Source of the DNA: Candidatus Bathyarchaeota archaeon
GTDB lineage: Archaea; Thermoproteota; Bathyarchaeia; 40CM-2-53-6; RBG-13-38-9
Direction of reading: 5' to 3'
Assembly: GCA_963807605.1 (NCBI GenBank)
Contig: CAWECG010000003.1
Coordinates: 768,001 to 832,000 of the forward strand
DNA length: 64,000 nt
The notes below the pieces were generated by a model, which was given only the letters and a program-made list of their open reading frames with translations, did not search any database and was not told the DNA's origin. Below, piece after piece: positions 49,313 to 59,991 of the stretch (positions are counted from its first letter, which is position 1; every line of letters starts with the position of its first letter). Both the position numbers and the translations under genes were made by a program.

Positions 49313-50590
49313 TCAGTAGGAGACCAAGCTTGAGAGTGGGGCCTCGCCGAGAACATCCACAGCTGCTTTCCCGACCTTCTCTCTATTCTCCTCCTTCGTA
49401 TAGATGCGGATAATGTTTAGGAATACCCTCAATGAGTCTATTATTCTTGAAAGTTCTCCAAGTTTTTGCGGGATCTTCTCTCCTGCTCTGCTCTTGTAAA
49501 AAATCGGTATACTCATCGGTTCGATATCCATCGCGTAATGATACGGAACTGAAGGAAGCGAAGGCACGTCTATAGTAACATCCGAAGGTGAGAGATCCGC
49601 TTTTCCTGCGATCTCCTGCTCGATTTGTACTCTGACGGATTCATTGTTGAATATGTTAGTGACGAGTTGATCTCTCACAAAGAATGTCTTCTCGTACGCA
49701 CATTTGATTAGCTTCCTATTGTCGAGGTCGTCTATGATCGGTCTGCTCTTCGAATGCTTTAGCATATTCCAGAGAGTTGAGTCGTCAAGCTGCAGATAAT
49801 TTTCGAGTGAGTCTAACTTGAACAGATCAAGTTCATCCTTGGCCTGTTCCAATGCCTTGATAACCATTATCTGAGCAGCTCTTGTGGTCCGATGGAAATA
49901 AATCGCCCTAAATGATTCAAGTCTAGCAAGCAGAAACGTCTCTAGTGTGGAGATCGCTGTGGCATCAACTGCTAAATTGCCGTCAAGAATATCCATTGTG
50001 TAGATTAAACGGAATATGTCGATTGTGCCGTAGCTGGCACCCGTGTGGTAGGAGTCTCTCAATAGAAAGTCCATCTTATCTACATCGACGGCACTCCGAA
50101 CGATCTGATCGAGGAAGGGTTTCTTTGATGAGGCGAGGCGCCCCACCGCAAGTAGCGAAATCTCTTCTGGGTTGAAGCTGGCCTTTTCTAGGGATCGGCT
50201 GATTGTAGACTCTCTGATGAGCCGTAGGGACATGTCTTCATGGGTCTTTCCAACATATTTGGTGAGGAGGGGTTCGAATAGGTGTGACAGGGGCCCGTGC
50301 CCCACATCATGTAGGAGCGCGGCTATTCTGACTTTTTCCCTCTCCGATTCCTCGGAGATAGCTGGAAGATTGTCGGCGACCGCCCCTGCTAAATGCATGG
50401 TTCCAAGTGAGTGCTCGAAACGTGTGTGATTTGCAGCAGGATAGACGTATTGAGCACCTGCAAGTTGCTTGATCCTCCTTAGCCTCTGAACAGGCTCGGC
50501 ATCAATTACCAGCCTTTCTTGTTCTGTGATCTTGATGTATCCATACAGGGGATCCTTTATGAAACCCCAATACCTGCCGAAATCCTTCAT
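49313..50590 (-). CDS. HD-domain phosphohydrolase (SAMHD1/YdhJ-like)
   Basis: QRLRRIKQL, HTRFEHSLG, LLHDVGHGP.SH, DVDKMDFL.RD. Confidence 0.92.
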   Translation of the reverse strand: MKDFGRYWGFIKDPLYGYIKITEQERLVIDAEPVQRLRRIKQLAGAQYVYPAANHTRFEHSLGTMHLAGAVADNLPAISEESEREKVRIAALLHDVGHGPLSHLFEPLLTKYVGKTHEDMSLRLIRESTISRSLEKASFNPEEISLLAVGRLASSKKPFLDQIVRSAVDVDKMDFLLRDSYHTGASYGTIDIFRLIYTMDILDGNLAVDATAISTLETFLLARLESFRAIYFHRTTRAAQIMVIKALEQAKDELDLFKLDSLENYLQLDDSTLWNMLKHSKSRPIIDDLDNRKLIKCAYEKTFFVRDQLVTNIFNNESVRVQIEQEIAGKADLSPSDVTIDVPSLPSVPYHYAMDIEPMSIPIFYKSRAGEKIPQKLGELSRIIDSLRVFLNIIRIYTKEENREKVGKAAVDVLGEAPLSSLVSY

Positions 50591-50696
50591 CTTAATCCTC
50601 CAACACCAAAATTGATCTATAATTACACTACCAGTTTAAACCATTGACCATAAGAACTTCATGAATCGCCGTAATAATGTATGCATGTGACGATAC

Positions 50697-51323
50697 TTGG
50701 AATCAAGAAGGGGAGTCTTCATCGTCGTGGAGGGTATTGACGGCGCCGGCAAAACCCTTCATTCAAGAAACCTGTGCTTTCAACTTCACAAGAAGGAATT
50801 TGATGTAAGATGTACGGCTGAGCCGAGTGAAAATTTCATTGGAAGATTGGTAAGGGAGGAATTTCTGCACCGGAGGAAGATCGCCCCGGAGGTAGAGACT
50901 CTCCTCTTTGCTGCAGATCGATTTCAACACATAAGGAACGAAGTCTCGCCAATGCTTAAGCAGGGATGCATCGTCGTCTCGGATCGTTACTATTACGCCT
51001 CGATAGCCTACCAAGGCGCTCAAGGGGTGGATACGGAATGGATCAGATGTATCAACAATTTTGCTCCAAAGCCCGACTTGGCGATCTATCTTGACGTTCC
51101 GGCGGATGTAGCCCTATCCAGAATCCACAGAAGCAAGAGTGTGATGGAGGAAATTGAGCTTGAGAAGAAAGTCAGAGAGATCTATCTTGACTTGGCAAAG
51201 AAGAATGAGCTTACTTACTTGGATGGAAATCGATCGATCGAGATCGTAGATAAAGAGATGCTCGATCTGGCCTTAGAGGTAATCTCAAGGACCAGAAAAG
51301 AAATGCCAAGCCAAACAGGATAG
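50697..51323 (+). CDS. tmk: thymidylate kinase
   Basis: EGIDGAGKT, LFAADR, SDRY..SIAYQG, PDL. Confidence 0.95.
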   Translation: MESRRGVFIVVEGIDGAGKTLHSRNLCFQLHKKEFDVRCTAEPSENFIGRLVREEFLHRRKIAPEVETLLFAADRFQHIRNEVSPMLKQGCIVVSDRYYYASIAYQGAQGVDTEWIRCINNFAPKPDLAIYLDVPADVALSRIHRSKSVMEEIELEKKVREIYLDLAKKNELTYLDGNRSIEIVDKEMLDLALEVISRTRKEMPSQTG

Positions 51324-51386
51324 GCGTCCCCCACTAATTCAAGTCACTTAATAAGGCTCACCTGCAAAGATACGACCGAAGCTCTG

Positions 51387-53513
51387 ATGTCTACGAGAAC
51401 CAACCTACTGAAGGCAGTCATCTCAAGTGCCCTGAACATAATTAAGGAAACCCGCAACCAAGTGGAAAAGACAATTAACGAACTGGGAGCAGATTCACAA
51501 GTCGGTTTCCCTGGAACAGCATACAACCTCCCAATCTACCACGGTATTACTGGAAAGACGGCTGAAAGACTAACAGACCTTATGAATATACTCAACGAAC
51601 TCGAACACTCATTTAAAGAAGAACCGACGATTGAAAATGCCACTTCGGCGGGAGTCGCATCAATAATAGCAATAGAGATCCTTGAAGCCTCAAGATATGC
51701 AGGCGAAAGAAACCCCTACAAAAACCCCTACACAGGCTTCATACCAGACTCGACACTCAGAGGACTCGGTGTAAATCTCGTAAACGGCTCGACCCCCGGC
51801 ATAGCAGTCTTGGCAGGAGCTGCCCCAACACCTGAAGCAGCAGGTATGATATGTCAAGATGCTAGGAAGAGGGGGTTACTCTCACTTCTCTCCGGAGTTA
51901 TAATAGAGCAAACCTCAAGAGCAAATCTACAGCTCGGACTTGAATCCCTCCTTGTCCCGTTAGGTCTGGAAGCGTCCTCGATAGAACATGCAGCAAATCT
52001 GGCAGTGAGAGTCGCCCTGACCTTCGGCGCTGTAAAGCCAGGAGACAAAGACTCTCTCATAAGGTATCTAAGGGATAAGGTCCCTGCGTTCATAGTTGTA
52101 CTCGGTCGACTTGACGGACTCACGATCTCTTTGGGGCTCGGGGCAGTGGCCCTCGGACTGACCGTGATTACAGATCAACCCAATGTAGATTTGGCGGGCA
52201 TAGTAGCCGAACCAGATCTCTCTAAGATAATCGCGAAAGCTTGCCAAATTCGAGGAATACAAACGAAACTGATCGAGATCCCGATTCCCATAGCCTTTAG
52301 CCGAGCATTTGAAGGAAAGCGTATCAGAAAAGAGCAGATGTACGTGGAGTTTGGAGGCGGAAAGTCACCGTACTTTGAACTCCTCCAGATGAGAGAGCCA
52401 AATGAGGTCGAAGATGGAAAGGTGACTGTGGAAGGACCTGAGATAGATGAAATGGAGGAGGGGAAGGCCTACCCTCTCGGAATCCTGATAGAGGTGGCTG
52501 GAGAGTCTATGGAGAAGGCGTTCGAGTCCATGCTCGAGCGCCGAATACATGAGATCATCAATTATGGTGAAGAGACATGGCACATAGCTCAAAGAGACAA
52601 GGGATGGGTGAGAATATCCAAAGAAGGATTCAAAAAGGGTTTCAAGCTCCGCCACCTTGGAACAATGATCCAACACATCCTCCGCAGTGACTATCCGAAC
52701 CTCGTACAGAAGATTCAAGTTACCATATTCACTGAAGAAGAGAAAGTCAGGGAGATGCTGGAAAAGGCACAAAAGCTCTACTCGTCCAGGGACGCCAAAC
52801 TCACGTACTTGGGTGACGAGGACGTCACAAAATTTTACAGTTGCATACTCTGTCAAAGCTTTTCCCCAAACCATGTCTGCGTCATCACTCCTGAGAGAGA
52901 CGGCCTATGCGGAACGGTCACCTACACAGACGCGGCGACGGGACACAAAATCCGGGGGGGCGCCGGCGCTAACCAGCCTGTCCCGAAAGGTAGACTCCTA
53001 AATGAAGAGAGGGGAGAATGGGAAGGCGTTAACACGTTTGTTCAGCAAGCATCCCACGGAGAGACTGAACGCGTAAGCCTTTACAGCCTGATGACTTACC
53101 CCACAACCTCATGTGGCTGTTTTGAGTGCATCTCAATCTATCTGCCTGAATGCCATGGCCTAGTCATTGTGAGCAGAGAGTTCAAAGAAGAAACACCCAT
53201 TGGAATGAAGTTCTCTACCCTCGCGGGAATAATTGGAGGCCAGACCCCTGGAATGCTGGGCCACTCAAAGAGATGGATAACGAGTAGGAAATTCTTCAGA
53301 GCCGATGGAGGGATCAAGAGAATAGTCTGGATGCCGAGCGACCTCAAAGAACTTCTCAAGGACGAACTTAGACGGCGCTGCCGAGAAGAGGGAGTTCCTG
53401 ACCTTTATGAGAAGATTGCGGATGAGAACCAAGCACGTAAGCTCGAAGACCTTCTGGACTGGCTCAAGAGTGTTAAACACCCTGTATTGGATATGCCACC
53501 ACTTGAGCACTAG
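51387..53513 (+). CDS. acsB: acetyl-CoA synthase, long bacterial-type form
   Basis: N-terminal FPGTAYNLP domain; A-cluster ligands CILCQSF..NHVC, GLCG, TSCGCFEC; RIVWMP. Confidence 0.9.
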   Translation: MSTRTNLLKAVISSALNIIKETRNQVEKTINELGADSQVGFPGTAYNLPIYHGITGKTAERLTDLMNILNELEHSFKEEPTIENATSAGVASIIAIEILEASRYAGERNPYKNPYTGFIPDSTLRGLGVNLVNGSTPGIAVLAGAAPTPEAAGMICQDARKRGLLSLLSGVIIEQTSRANLQLGLESLLVPLGLEASSIEHAANLAVRVALTFGAVKPGDKDSLIRYLRDKVPAFIVVLGRLDGLTISLGLGAVALGLTVITDQPNVDLAGIVAEPDLSKIIAKACQIRGIQTKLIEIPIPIAFSRAFEGKRIRKEQMYVEFGGGKSPYFELLQMREPNEVEDGKVTVEGPEIDEMEEGKAYPLGILIEVAGESMEKAFESMLERRIHEIINYGEETWHIAQRDKGWVRISKEGFKKGFKLRHLGTMIQHILRSDYPNLVQKIQVTIFTEEEKVREMLEKAQKLYSSRDAKLTYLGDEDVTKFYSCILCQSFSPNHVCVITPERDGLCGTVTYTDAATGHKIRGGAGANQPVPKGRLLNEERGEWEGVNTFVQQASHGETERVSLYSLMTYPTTSCGCFECISIYLPECHGLVIVSREFKEETPIGMKFSTLAGIIGGQTPGMLGHSKRWITSRKFFRADGGIKRIVWMPSDLKELLKDELRRRCREEGVPDLYEKIADENQARKLEDLLDWLKSVKHPVLDMPPLEH

Positions 53514-53653
53514 ATATTCTAGATTATAGCATCGACGCTAAGGTCTAAACTGGAGGATGAGAATCCAAAAGCTTAACAATGCTAGGTGGAAACTCAGCAC
53601 AGATAAGCCAGTAGCACCATACTTCCTTGACTAGTGGAAAATCAGTGACCTAA

Positions 53654-53908
53654 ATGAAATTCGCCTACGGAAAAAAACAGAAAGTCAATGACGTTGAACT
53701 TGACAAGCTCTTCCTCGATCTTCAAGCAGTTCTCCAAAAGCACCCAGTGGTTCCAGCCGAAAATATTGATGCATTAGTGTCAGAATGGATCAATGACATT
53801 CTGTTCGTCATAGGTAAGATCACTGATGAAGAACTTCAGGAGGAGGCTAAGGAAGTAGCCGGTAAAGGTGAAGAAGAGGGGGAAGAACTAGAGGAGGACG
53901 AAGAGTAA
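53654..53908 (+). CDS. small protein with acidic tail
   Basis: 84-aa ATG ORF. Confidence 0.6.
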   Translation: MKFAYGKKQKVNDVELDKLFLDLQAVLQKHPVVPAENIDALVSEWINDILFVIGKITDEELQEEAKEVAGKGEEEGEELEEDEE

Positions 53909-53956
53909 CAGGCTTCCTCATAGTCTATGTTATTTTTCTAAGGTCGAGCGTTTGAA

Positions 53957-54997
53957 CTAGACACTCTTCTCAATATTTTTCCAGTGAACCATAGGCAGTC
54001 CTGCAACTGGAGAAGTGAAGTAAGGTATTCGATTACCTTTCAAGCTGCCTATATAGACAGTCTTGAGATCAGGCCCACCGAAAGTGATGCTTGCCATCCA
54101 TGGCGCCACACTGCTTGCGCAGGGTAGCAAATCGTCAACGGTTACTTTTCCAGCAAAGAAGTTCTTATCCAGTCTAGCGATAGCTTCTGGATTTCCATCG
54201 TCAAAGAGGATTCTGAGATCCCCCTCTGGAGTTAACGCGAATATTTTCTCTCCGTAGATAAGGGTGCCCCAGAGATTGCCGTAAGAGTCGAAGGCGATCC
54301 CGTCGGGATAACCACCAGGCCCAAGATCAGGTGGACCGAAGATCTCTCTATCTGATAGTGTTCCATCAGGATGGACACGCATCCGGCTTATCCTTCGGCC
54401 TACCGTCTCTGTAATGTATAGGTGCTCCTCCACTGAATCAAACCTAATCTCATTTGTGAAGTGGAAGCCGTCTGCAACGAACCTGATTCCTTTTTTATCT
54501 ACCAGTGCGATTGCTCCGTCTGCAGTATCTGGTTTGAAGGCTTCTATCCAGTTTATAGTCTTGGTAGAGATGGTCAACCAAATGCGATTCTTAGAATCGC
54601 GAAGTACAAAGTTAACCTTTCCAATTGGCTTTCCGTCGATGTTATCGTAAAGGGTCTTTGTTTTACCGTCCCGCGTCATTACCTCAAGTAGGTCTGTACC
54701 AAAGTTGGAGATGAGGATGTCACCGTTCTCAGCGAAGACCAGACCGTTAGGGAGTGTTCCTTGGGTAAATCTCGAGGCAAGATCACTGGCTTGAGAGAAC
54801 CGAGGGTCAGAACTTTGTGTTATGATCGTTTGAGTTCTATTAGGGCTGATCTTGACAACTCCACCCCTAGCGTCTGCTACCCAGAGTGTCCCATCCGGCT
54901 CAACCAATATACACTCGGGCCGCTGTAAACCTTCGCCAATAAACTTGAGATCTGACACCTTAACCTTGAAGTTATCAATCGGGTTTCTAAACATCAA
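53957..54997 (-). CDS. SMP-30/gluconolactonase family beta-propeller
   Basis: LQRPEC, PNG, FTNE, YPDGIAFD, FGGPDLKT. Confidence 0.9.
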   Translation of the reverse strand: MMFRNPIDNFKVKVSDLKFIGEGLQRPECILVEPDGTLWVADARGGVVKISPNRTQTIITQSSDPRFSQASDLASRFTQGTLPNGLVFAENGDILISNFGTDLLEVMTRDGKTKTLYDNIDGKPIGKVNFVLRDSKNRIWLTISTKTINWIEAFKPDTADGAIALVDKKGIRFVADGFHFTNEIRFDSVEEHLYITETVGRRISRMRVHPDGTLSDREIFGPPDLGPGGYPDGIAFDSYGNLWGTLIYGEKIFALTPEGDLRILFDDGNPEAIARLDKNFFAGKVTVDDLLPCASSVAPWMASITFGGPDLKTVYIGSLKGNRIPYFTSPVAGLPMVHWKNIEKSV

Positions 54998-55287
54998 GAT
55001 TCGACCTTCTTCATTGTCTGGCTTAGGATCTTCCTTGAAAGGGCTTCTGCTGATGAGATAGGGCTATCTCTTAAGCGAAATTATCTTAGGAATACATGCT
55101 CTCTGGGTTGGCTCTGGATTGTATAGTTGTAGGCCTTTGGTAAAGACTCACTTTTCAAAAGGATCTTGGATCTCTTTCTGTAGATGATCTTAAGAGTAAG
55201 AGTCCGCATCAAACGATGAAATGCCATTGACAGAATGGTTGCGAAGAGAACGCCGTTACAGACGCGTGCGTAGCAGAATATATCCAG

Positions 55288-55536
55288 CTATGGCGGCTCT
55301 ATATCCCTCAACTTGACGGTCCCTTGCATACTGAAAGTGATTGTGAATTTTCGTGGCTTTTCACTATCAGGTAAGCGATAGGTTCCGTCCGCTTCCCATG
55401 TGTTCCCCACCTGACGGATCTTTCTAAACTCGACGGCGTATCTTTGAGGACAGACCTGCCGTGTCATCTTCAGAACCTTTGTCTTGATTTCCTCTTCAGT
55501 TATGCCCGGTCGCTTGAAACGTGGTATTGTACCCAA
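55288..55536 (-). CDS. hypothetical protein
   Basis: 82-aa ORF in its own intergenic slot. Confidence 0.45.
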   Translation of the reverse strand: MGTIPRFKRPGITEEEIKTKVLKMTRQVCPQRYAVEFRKIRQVGNTWEADGTYRLPDSEKPRKFTITFSMQGTVKLRDIEPP

Positions 55537-55669
55537 TCCTCAGTTAGACATTGAATATCGTATGCTTGTAAACTTTCTGCAAAGGTATGGACGAACGCGC
55601 AAAGGACTATTTACAACTCAAGCATAGCTATTGATAGCCCTAGGATTCGTCGACAAAATTCTGAATATC

Positions 55670-56482
55670 TCAACTTGATTTGTTCTCGACTACTTTGAGT
55701 TTACCATTCTTGCCAACGCTCACCTGTAGTTCTCCTCTGAACATTCCTACTCGCCCGTTCTCAATTTGAACCGTATCACCGACGGAGATCAGACCTATTT
55801 GGGCGTTCCAAAGTGGCAACTTGATGGAACCTGTCTTGTCGTTAATTATCGCTGTAGACACACCGAGGGGATTACCGAACCTTGAGAAGACCGTTTTCGT
55901 CACAGATTTCTCAACAACCCGCGCTTTGAGGTTCACCCATTTTACTGCTGAGTTTACATCTTTGATCTTCATGTCGATTGGTTTCATCTTCTCAATTCTC
56001 GTAGCCGAGGTACGTTCTTCGCGTGGAAGACTTTCAAGGTCTACTTCAGGCAGATACTTTAGCGCGGTTTCGCTGAGGCTTAGTTGCGCGACGACCTTTT
56101 GATCCTGTGTTACGAGAAAGACACCTTCGCCTATTGTCTTTTGGCGGCACTGAACCAATATATCCTTGCACGACGCTTTTCCATGAGTCCACGCATCCAC
56201 AAAAGTTCTCAAAAATTTCTTTGTATCAAGCCCGTATTTCTCAGAAATCCTGATTAGATACCATATGCGAGCCACCTCGGCCATAGACTGACGTTTGCCT
56301 CGAGGTCTACCACGCCCATAATGTAGCATTCTTTTTGGAAAGACTCTCAACAGAATCCCGTTGTATTTGGCAGCGTTACTCTTTAACCTTTCAAGGATTT
56401 TGTGCGTTTCACCAGATGTGAAGAATACAGTACATGATTTTTCTCCATTCTCGTTTCCCGAAAATATTTCACTACCCGTCAT
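55670..56482 (-). CDS. protein with C-terminal SSB/RPA-type OB fold
   Basis: MKIKD...VNL.ARV, DKTGSIKLPLW, GDTVQIENG, FRGELQVSVG; start uncertain. Confidence 0.8.
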   Translation of the reverse strand: MTGSEIFSGNENGEKSCTVFFTSGETHKILERLKSNAAKYNGILLRVFPKRMLHYGRGRPRGKRQSMAEVARIWYLIRISEKYGLDTKKFLRTFVDAWTHGKASCKDILVQCRQKTIGEGVFLVTQDQKVVAQLSLSETALKYLPEVDLESLPREERTSATRIEKMKPIDMKIKDVNSAVKWVNLKARVVEKSVTKTVFSRFGNPLGVSTAIINDKTGSIKLPLWNAQIGLISVGDTVQIENGRVGMFRGELQVSVGKNGKLKVVENKSS

Positions 56483-56490
56483 AGACTGTT

Positions 56491-56724
56491 ATGGTTAAGC
56501 TGAATGAGTGGAAGATACGCTGGATCATCCATGAGAAGTTGAGGGGGAGGGGTGCAGGCGAATTAGCCCTGATCCAACGGGTCTCACATAGAAGGGTGGA
56601 GCAGCTATGGCAGATGTACAAGCGGACAGGTGAGATTCCAGCATTGAAGAAGCCTGGTAGACCCGGAAAGGCCTCTATCAGCCTGAAAGATGCAACCCTC
56701 ATCCTGGAAGCGCGTGCGCGCTAA
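56491..56724 (+). pseudogene. truncated IS481-like transposase (N-terminal HTH only)
   Basis: KIRWII, VSHRRVEQLW..YK.TG..P...PGRP; ends at GCGCGTGCGCGC. Confidence 0.75.
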
Positions 56725-56842
56725 TGATTTTTCTCTATACAAAGGTTTATATGCGATGCACCTCACTGACCCACGCAGTATACGTTGATTCTACTTTGCA
56801 GTATTATCATCCGTATAACTAACTGCAAAAGGAGTGAGTAGT

Positions 56843-56992
56843 ATGGGTTTTGAGAGACGAGGATTCGGTCCAAGAACTATGCATAAGATAAAGTGCTCTG
56901 ACTGTGGAAAAGATGCAGAAGTTCCATTTGTACCGAAAGAAGGAAGACCTGTCTATTGCAGAGAATGCTTCCAAAAGCATAGGACTTATTAA
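56843..56992 (+). CDS. CxxC-x17-CxxC zinc-ribbon protein (49 aa, absent from ORF track)
   Basis: MGFERRGFGPRTMHKIKCSDCGKDAEVPFVPKEGRPVYCRECFQKHRTY; GGAGTGA RBS. Confidence 0.92.
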   Translation: MGFERRGFGPRTMHKIKCSDCGKDAEVPFVPKEGRPVYCRECFQKHRTY

Positions 56993-57050
56993 TCGCAAAA
57001 TCTGAGTTTTCGATTAATGAACCATTTTATTCTATTTTTTTTTATTTTTT
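56989..57050 (+). terminator. hairpin plus long T tract
   Basis: TTAATCG(C)AAAA/TTTTCGATTAA stem followed by T9-A-T6 run. Confidence 0.6.
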
Positions 57051-57165
57051 GAAGATTAAATGATACTATTCCGACTCTTGGTAGGGCTTGGAACCTAGTG
57101 TTGCTTGCTTCATCCACAAGAGTCTGCGCAGTGCCAAGGTAGGCCTTTAGTTCTTGTCGTTCTTA

Positions 57166-57852
57166 TCACATTACTATGCGATAGATCCCGCGCCACTTGT
57201 CAATGTCGCAACACCATAATTCCCCTCTTTTAATCGCTAGGCCGTGAGGGGCGGGACCTTCCTTGGGAAGGTTGATGCGGTCAAGCAGATCGCCTGTCTC
57301 CATATGGTACTTGAGGATCACTTTGTCAGTGGTGTGAGCGCACCAGATACCTTCCCCGTCGCAGGCCAAACCGTGAGGCCTATCAATCTTGACTGGAAAT
57401 TCACGAACTACTTTGAAATCTTCGGGGTCAACAAGGACTAACCTCTGGGGATCATAGGCGAAGGCGGTGATCCACATCAGACCGTTGTTCCACTCAATGC
57501 CATGAATACGTCCACCATCAGGCGTGGGAAAGCGATCAATCAGCTCCCCGGTGTGGATATCGAGTTTCAACACCCACGATTTGTGAATATCCGTTGGGCG
57601 AAAAGGTCTGAGTTCGGTTGTACCATTCGAGGCTGTCCACAGATAACCGCCGCCTACGGTTACGCCGGAACTGTTCTCTGTCGCTGTGCGGAATTTGCTA
57701 AGGATCTTCCCTGACTCGTCAAGCAGAATGGCATCCTCAAGAATCTGGTCGACGACCCACAAGCCTTCGTCAGTCCATTGCATGCCGTTCGGTGCCTCAC
57801 AGGGAGTCGGGAAGGCTGTCACTGTATGCGCGTTTTTTGCAGCGACATTCAA
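57166..57852 (-). CDS. beta-propeller protein (glutaminyl cyclase/Vgb-like)
   Basis: Repeated PNG/HGI/PHGL...LW blades. Confidence 0.7.
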   Translation of the reverse strand: MNVAAKNAHTVTAFPTPCEAPNGMQWTDEGLWVVDQILEDAILLDESGKILSKFRTATENSSGVTVGGGYLWTASNGTTELRPFRPTDIHKSWVLKLDIHTGELIDRFPTPDGGRIHGIEWNNGLMWITAFAYDPQRLVLVDPEDFKVVREFPVKIDRPHGLACDGEGIWCAHTTDKVILKYHMETGDLLDRINLPKEGPAPHGLAIKRGELWCCDIDKWRGIYRIVM

Positions 57853-57940
57853 TTCCTATTTCCTTCTCCCTGAACGGAATGAACAGGCGCATATTTCCTT
57901 TCTGGCCCTAGAATTACTGGGACTCCAAACCTAGTGTAAG

Positions 57941-59905
57941 CTACAGTTGCCTTGCATGTTTCTGATGTTTGCGATCAGAAATTATAGACACAGTGATCCC
58001 GGCAGTAAATAGTGCTACGCCAATCCAGATCAGACTGATAAAGGGTATCACTTTCACTTGTATTCTGAACTTGGACAATTGTGACTCCCTGTTGGTTGAG
58101 AGTTTAAGCAATAGTGCTTGGTAAAGCGAGTCTGTGAAGCCTAAAGTAATATAGATGTCACTCAAGGGCGTTCTAAAGATCAGAGGTCTTGAGGCTAAAC
58201 CGTATACGGTATACAGACCGGTCCACAACTGCCCACTGTGGTTGCTTCCACCCGAAGATGTAACGAGATCAAGTACTAGTGAAGAATGCTCAGGTAAGGT
58301 GCCGTTGTTGGTGTAAATGGATCCGATTGGGCCGCTCATCGTTGCATTTGTGAGCTTGATCGTGACACCACCTCCAGAATATACCTCCCCGACCCTTAGC
58401 AGTTTCTGGTCACTCGATTCCATTGATGAACTGAGGAATACCCCTAGAAGTATTAGAATCAATGACAAATGAATCAAACTCCTGCCTACATGAGCGAAGA
58501 GCTGCGTCCTCTTAATCTTGACCAAATCAGCTAGGAAGGAGTAGAGCGTAAAAGCCAAAGCAAGAAACAGTATTGGCAGACTCAGATTAGCCAGCTGATT
58601 AGAAGTTGGCACTCCCAAGATACTGGCTGCGATCCCACCCAGCAGAGAAACAACTATAATGATTGTACATACTTTCAGTTTTAGTCTTCTAGGTGTATTA
58701 CAACTGATGATCGCAGCTACAAAAAGAATCGTGGGCGGAAGCAGCCACGTATTGTAGAACTCTTTTCCAACGCTGTAAGATGTGCCAAGTAGAATCGAGC
58801 GGATTGCTGGCAACAGAATACCGAGCAGACATATTGCAGTGATATACAGAAGGGCGATATACGAAATTGTTAGGGAGACTGATTCTTTTGACCTGCTTAT
58901 GTTGGATAGTCCGAGGATAGGCCTATTGACTTTACCTTTCAGATACGCGAAAAATCCAGCCAAGTAAATAGATAGAAGAATGAAAAGTGTGGCTGTCCCT
59001 GAGGCTGAGCCCTCGAAGGAGTGGACGGATTCCAAGATTCCACTCCTTGTGATTAGTGTTGCGAATATTACCAAGAGTGCCACAGCTAGGGTTGTGAACT
59101 CCTTGACCAAGCTTCTGCCCTGCGCTGACATTGGTGAGGTGTGAAAGTAGGCTGTTAACATAAGCCAAGGGAGAAGCGAGGCTGTCTCAACCGGATCCCA
59201 AGCCCAGTAGCCTCCCCAACCTAGGACCTCATATGCCCAGATACCACCCAAAGCTATTCCAAGTGTGAAGACAAGCCAGCTCAGTTGCATGAAGAAGCGA
59301 ATGGAACGTTGGTGACTCTCTTTTCTCTTGCTGAGATTCGTAAACGACAGGGCCAACGGGAAGAAGGGAAGAGCGTATCCCAGAAAAATCACCGGCGGGT
59401 GTATAGCCATCCAAGGAGACTGCAAGAGGGGATTAAGGCCAAGCCCTCCTCTGGCTTCAAAGCCCAATTGAGCAAACGGATCTGAGAGTATGGTCGCTGC
59501 CAAGATGAAGATCAAGTATACGCTTAGGTAAATGTAACTCGGCCTGTTCTCTTCAATAGTTCCTCTATGAAGGGTTCTATAGACCAAGTACAGAAGGCTC
59601 AGCATCATTGCCCAGAGAAGCAGAGAGCCACCCACTCCGGCCCAACTGGCGTAGAACTTGTATAGAAAAGGCAGATCAGCTGAACTATATGTGTAGACAT
59701 CCCTCAACGAGAAATTGTTGCTCAGAAATGAGTTGACATAGATGAAAAAAACAAACAGTATGCAGCAGACCGAGAGAAGAAATGCACCTGACCTATTCCA
59801 GTAAGATCCCAAAGAACGGTTATGTCTTGAAAGTTGGTAAATATCGAGAAGAAGGAGAAGGCTCGCAACTGACAACAGTATGTATCCACTGATCATGTTA
59901 ACCAC
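57941..59905 (-). CDS. ccmF: cytochrome c biogenesis heme lyase CcmF/NrfE
   Basis: GLNPLLQ, IHPP, WAYEVLGWGGYWAWDPVE, SVHSF. Confidence 0.93.
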   Translation of the reverse strand: MVNMISGYILLSVASLLLLLDIYQLSRHNRSLGSYWNRSGAFLLSVCCILFVFFIYVNSFLSNNFSLRDVYTYSSADLPFLYKFYASWAGVGGSLLLWAMMLSLLYLVYRTLHRGTIEENRPSYIYLSVYLIFILAATILSDPFAQLGFEARGGLGLNPLLQSPWMAIHPPVIFLGYALPFFPLALSFTNLSKRKESHQRSIRFFMQLSWLVFTLGIALGGIWAYEVLGWGGYWAWDPVETASLLPWLMLTAYFHTSPMSAQGRSLVKEFTTLAVALLVIFATLITRSGILESVHSFEGSASGTATLFILLSIYLAGFFAYLKGKVNRPILGLSNISRSKESVSLTISYIALLYITAICLLGILLPAIRSILLGTSYSVGKEFYNTWLLPPTILFVAAIISCNTPRRLKLKVCTIIIVVSLLGGIAASILGVPTSNQLANLSLPILFLALAFTLYSFLADLVKIKRTQLFAHVGRSLIHLSLILILLGVFLSSSMESSDQKLLRVGEVYSGGGVTIKLTNATMSGPIGSIYTNNGTLPEHSSLVLDLVTSSGGSNHSGQLWTGLYTVYGLASRPLIFRTPLSDIYITLGFTDSLYQALLLKLSTNRESQLSKFRIQVKVIPFISLIWIGVALFTAGITVSIISDRKHQKHARQL

Positions 59906-59991
59906 TTGCCCTTAGCAGACTACGAGAGAAATCAAATAAGAGTAATGGTTCCCTACAAAGAATAGAATAACAATCAAGAAGAAAAGCAAAA

